64,000 nucleotides of DNA from the human T2T-CHM13v2.0 reference genome, Homo sapiens. Position numbers and translations under genes: made by a program. The notes under the pieces are model-generated. The model worked only from the letters and a program-made list of their open reading frames with translations, was not told the origin of the DNA and did not search any database. The stretch lies in NCBI RefSeq assembly GCF_009914755.1, contig NC_060933.1; one strand, given 5' to 3'. Of this stretch, positions 59,160-64,000 are shown piece by piece. The stretch's first letter is position 1; each line of letters opens with the position of its first letter.

Positions 59160-62008
59160 GATGTAATTCCAATCAGCTCTTAAGGTGGTGGTAGTCATTT
59201 TTATTGTTATATGTGCAAAAAAAATCACCAATATTTGTGGGTAGATTAGCAGTTACTAATGTTAAAGTGCAGGGTCTACAGCTGAAGTTCTCCTTGTGTT
59301 TTTTACTTGTTTATGTACATTAAAAAGAAAATATATAATCACAGATAGATTTTCCAAGAGAGGAAAATTACGCATAATCCCCACTCAATATAACTTCTAA
59401 TACTCAGAGGTCTTCATATTCAAAATTCCCTCAAAACAAATGTGGCTTCAAATTGTGGGGTGCATAACTGAAAATAATCATTTTACATTATAATTTGACA
59501 TTTAAGTCATGTAAAATGATTTAAAAATCAGACCAAGTGTAAAATAAATTCCAATTCCAATGACATAATCCTATTACCATAATGAAATAAATCCCTAACC
59601 TGATGGTCCCTGTATTTCTAATTTGTCTTTGGTAAATATACTTGAACTGAACCTAACCAGGAATTTAACATCATAAACCTACCAAACAGATTCAAAGATA
59701 ACACAAAATTTGTGTTTACTGAACATCATCCAAATATTTCTTCTTCTAAGAAAAGCACTGAGTAAAATAATTTGAACCACCAGAACATATAAATATTATA
59801 AAAGTACGCAACCTTGCCTTTTCACCTTTATATCCTCATTGAATAGTACAGAGGCTGGCGTATTATTATTGTGTAATAAGCATGGAATAAGTAAACCAGT
59901 ATTATTCTCTTTGGGGTTCTATCCTTAACATAAACAAAGGTGAAGACACAAATAAAAAACTCAACATATTCAATTGCACTGCTATTCAGCCATATGATGT
60001 AATTCCAACGTAATTTTTCCAGAAATATTCTGAGGCGTTGCTTTGCAAATTCATGCCTAAGTATAAGGATAAGTGTAGGAGAAGTGGGGTGTTGGGAAAC
60101 TTTACCCTCAAAAACCCCAGAAACCAAGTTAGATAAGATCTTAAGACAGTTGGCTTAAAAATAATAATATAACATTTTTACTTTAAAATTTTATTTTTTA
60201 AGGAAAAATAACTGCTATTGCTGGCCTTAATTATTACTATTATTTTGTGGGGACAGGTGGCCGATAGGGGAATTTAAGGCTGTCATTTGCAAGTATACAA
60301 GCTTAGTGTTCCATTACCCAGTCTACACAAGACACAGGACTATAAGCTCAAGTCACAGAAACTACTGGAAGTCCATCAAAGACATAAAGAAATAAGAAAG
60401 GCAACAAGAATTTTAAAAATAGGAAAGGCTAGAAAAAAAAACTAGATTATGCTTTTCTAGAAAACTGCATTAATTTGTTCACATTAAAACTTTGTCTAAC
60501 ACTATTTTGTTTTGCATGGCACTCAGAATGAGGTAAATACACAATAGAACAAACAAGAGAGCTTAATAAAGCAATAGAGAGAACTCGTAATTAAGATTGT
60601 TAACCTCTAGCACAGTTCTATGGCCTGTATCACAAAGAAAGATTAGAAATGACTACAATATACCAAATAAGCTTCACAGATGAACAGGAAGACTTGGTCT
60701 CAAAAAAATATCTTTTAAGCAGAGCCTTTCATCTAAAAACAAGATATACTACTTATAAATAAAATAAGCCAGCATTATTCACTTCGGTTTGATGTAAATT
60801 TGTTAATTGTTATATGAGGAAAATGGGTATTCACAAGCCAATATCATCTTAATTTATGTTCTAGGTGAAGACAAGGGTTGTAGTTCTACAAATTCTTTAA
60901 GGTTGCAATATCTATATCTGAAAGGTGACATCAATTTTTTTTTAATTTTTCCTTCCCAAAGGCGATGTCAAGGGAACATCAATTCTATTGTGGAAGCAGC
61001 TTCTCTGTTGTAAAATCCATGTAACACACTGGAAAGTTCTTTTCTCTTTAGTCAACAGACACTTGTCTCATTTCAAGTGTGGATTTTTTTAAATTACCAC
61101 AGTTATAATGAAGTCTGACCCAAAAATTTAATTTGTAATTATGGCATGTATTAAAGCAGTTTAGGAGCATCACATTCAATCTAAAATTGCTAGAAACCTT
61201 GTTACAGTTTAATAAACAATTATTTTAAAATGGACCTTTTTAGTGTTCCTTATAAATGCAGGTTTCTGTTAAATTTTTTAAAATTGTTTATAACAAAAAC
61301 ACAAACATACCATTATTTTGTTTGAGTAGTGTCAATGGTAACCTCAAGGGATGAAAAGGCACCCAGGGGCTGACAGTAGCAGGAAACCATTAACTCTTTT
61401 AGGCTAGAAGGGGAAGAAGGAAACAGTATTAAGCAGATCCAGTGACAGGTGGAGCCACTGAAGTGGTACTGCCTAAAAGGATCTGTGGCTTAGGAACCCA
61501 CTGCCATAGGCAGACCACATACCTAAACTCACTGTCTCCCCACCCTAAAGACTCCTGCTGGTACCCAGACTGGCTGATCTCCATCAGAAGCCAGAGTGTG
61601 GGAGCCTGGGAAATGCAGTGTGGAGGGTCAGACTCAGAGCATAGGGCAGTGATGGACAAGGAAGAGCAGGGTATGGAGGAGCCAGGTGGGGACAAGGGGG
61701 GAGGGCATCAAACAGAGAATGCCCAGGTCTCCACCTGATTTATGTCAAATAGTGATCTGAATCAGCATGACAGACTATTTTTAGCGTTCTTGTTTAAATC
61801 AGCTTCAAAATTTTTATAAAGTGTAAAAGGAGGACAGGAAAATTAAGTCCTTAATGTTTTTTAAATTTAGGAAGAAATGATGGTTAGCACAAATCAGAAT
61901 TAGTTGTAAAGTAAATACTAAGTATTGAAATAGAAGGCAAATGTCTTGACAAGAAAAAATTGATAACAGAAATGAGGAAGGGGCATTAAAAATATAAAAT
62001 AAAAAACT

Positions 62009-64000
62009 GGTCACTTCCAAATGGCCCAATAGGAACAGCTCCAGTCTGCAACTCCCAGTGAGATTGATGCAGAAGACAGGTGATTTCTGCACTTCCAACT
62101 GAGGTGCCTGGTTCATTTCACTGGAACTGGTTGAACAGTGGGGGCAGCCCACAGAGGGTGAGCTGAAGCAGGGCGAGGTGTCACCTCACCCGGGAAATGC
62201 AAGGTTGGGGAGGATTTCCCTTTCCTAGCCAAGGGAAGCCACAACAGACTGTAGCTGGAGAAAGGGTACACTCATGACCAAATAGTGCCCTTTTCCAACA
62301 GTCTTAGCAACCGCAGACCAGGAGATACCCTCCTTTGCCTGGCTAGGCAGGTCCCATGCCCAAGGAGCCTTGCTCACTACTAGCGCAGCAGTCTGAGATC
62401 GACCGGCTACGCAGCAGCTTGATGGGGGGAGGGGCATCCACCATTGCTGAGGCTTGAGTAGCTCACAGTGTAAACAAAGAGGCTAGGAAGCACAAACTGG
62501 GTGGAGTCCACCGCAGCTCAACAAGGCCCACCAGCCTTTGTAGACTCCACCTCTAGCGGCAGGGCATAGTAGAACAAAAGGCAGCAGACAACTTCTGCAG
62601 ACTTAAACGTCCCTGTCTGACAACTCTAAAGAGAGCAGTGGTTCTCTCAGCACGGCATTCGAGCTTTGGGAATGGACAGACTGCCTCCTCAAGCAGGTCC
62701 CTGACCCCTGTGTAGCCTGACTGGGAAACACCTCCCAGTAGGGGCTGACAGACACTTCAAACAGGCAGGTGCCCCTCTGGGATGAAGCTTCCAGAGGAAA
62801 GATCAGGCAGTAATATTTGCTGTTCTGTAGCCTCCACTGGTGATACCCAGGCAAATAGGTTCTAGAGTGGACTTCTGGCAAACTCCAACACACCTGCAGC
62901 TGAGGGGTCTGACTGTTAGAAGGAAAACTAATAAACGGAAATGAATAGCATCAACATCAACAAAAAGGACATCCACAACAAAACCCCATTTGTAGGTCAC
63001 CAACATCAAAGACCAAAAGTAGATAAAACCGCAAAGATAGGGAGAAACCAGAGCAGAAAAGCTGAAAATTCCAAAAAACAGAGCACCACTTCTCCAAAGG
63101 ATCACACCTTCTCAGCAGCAAGGGAACAAAACTGGACAGAGAATGAGTTCGACAAGTTGACAGAAGTAGGCTTCAGAAGGTTGGTAATAACAAACTTCTC
63201 CTAGCTAAAGGAGCATGTTCTAACCCATCCCAAGTAAGTTAAAAACCTTGAAAAAAAGTTAGACGAATGGCTAACTAGAATAAACAGTGTAGAGAAGATC
63301 TTAAATGACCTGATGGAGCTGAAAACCATGCCATGAGAACTTCGTGACGCATGCACAAGCTTCAATTGCTGATTCGATCAAGTGGAAGAAAGGATATCAG
63401 TGATTGAAGATCAAATTAATGAAATAAAGTGAGAAGACAAGATTAGAGAAAAAAGAGTGAAAAGAAATGAACAAAGCCTCCAAGAAATATGGGACTATGT
63501 GAAAAGAACAAATATACGTTAGTTTGGTGTACTGGAAGTGACGGGGAGAATGGAACCAAGTTAGAAAACACTCTTCAGGATATTATCCACGAGAACTTCC
63601 CTAATCTAGCAAGGCAGGCCAACATTCAAATTCAGGAAATACAGAGACCACCACAAAGATACTCCTCGAGAAGAGCAACCCCAAGACACATAATTGTCAG
63701 ATTCACCAAGGTTGAAATGAAGGAAAAAATGTTAAGGGCAGCCAGAGAGAAAGGTCAGGTTACCAACAAAGGGAAGCCCATCAGACTAACAGCGGATCTC
63801 TCGGCAGAAACTCTACAAGCCAGAGGAGAGCGGGGGCCAATATTCAACATTCTTAAAGAAAAGAATTTTCAACCATCAGCTAGAATTTTCAACAATCAGA
63901 ATCTCATATCCAGCCAAACTAAGCTTCATAAGTGAAGGAGAAATAAAATCCTTTACAGACAAGAAAATGCTGAGAGATTTTGTCACCATCAGGGCTGCCT
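62009..64000 (+). mobile_element. L1PA6/7-like LINE-1, 5'UTR and ORF1, runs off the window end
   Basis: 5'UTR AATAGGAACAGCTCCAGTCTGC; ORF1 peptide 63489-63935 (ENGTKLENTLQDII.ENFPNLARQANIQIQEIQR). Confidence 0.95.

Overview
Primate (human-like) genomic DNA containing the complete relaxin-2 gene (RLN2; minus strand; two coding exons giving 185-aa preprorelaxin H2, plus a 101-nt cassette exon), which places the window in the 9p24 INSL6-INSL4-RLN2-RLN1 cluster. Most of the window is transposon-derived: nested L1s, Alus, MaLR/ERV LTRs and a Ricksha DNA transposon. It also holds an HMGN2 processed pseudogene interrupted by a small twin-primed L1. The main result of self-comparison by eye is two decayed relaxin/INSL4-family paralogs downstream of RLN2 that the ORF track does not show. 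P1 (plus strand, ~3.2-4.0 kb) keeps a promoter with a canonical TATA box, a 5'UTR, a 211-nt exon-1 coding segment (ATG->AAG, two stops) and its splice donor. P2 (minus strand, ~7.1-27.7 kb) has no recognisable exons; its intron and upstream homology is split by Ricksha and a 17-kb L1 cluster. Two independently inserted L1PA copies also share private disabling mutations, which suggests gene conversion. All alignments were done manually and repeat subfamily names are approximate.
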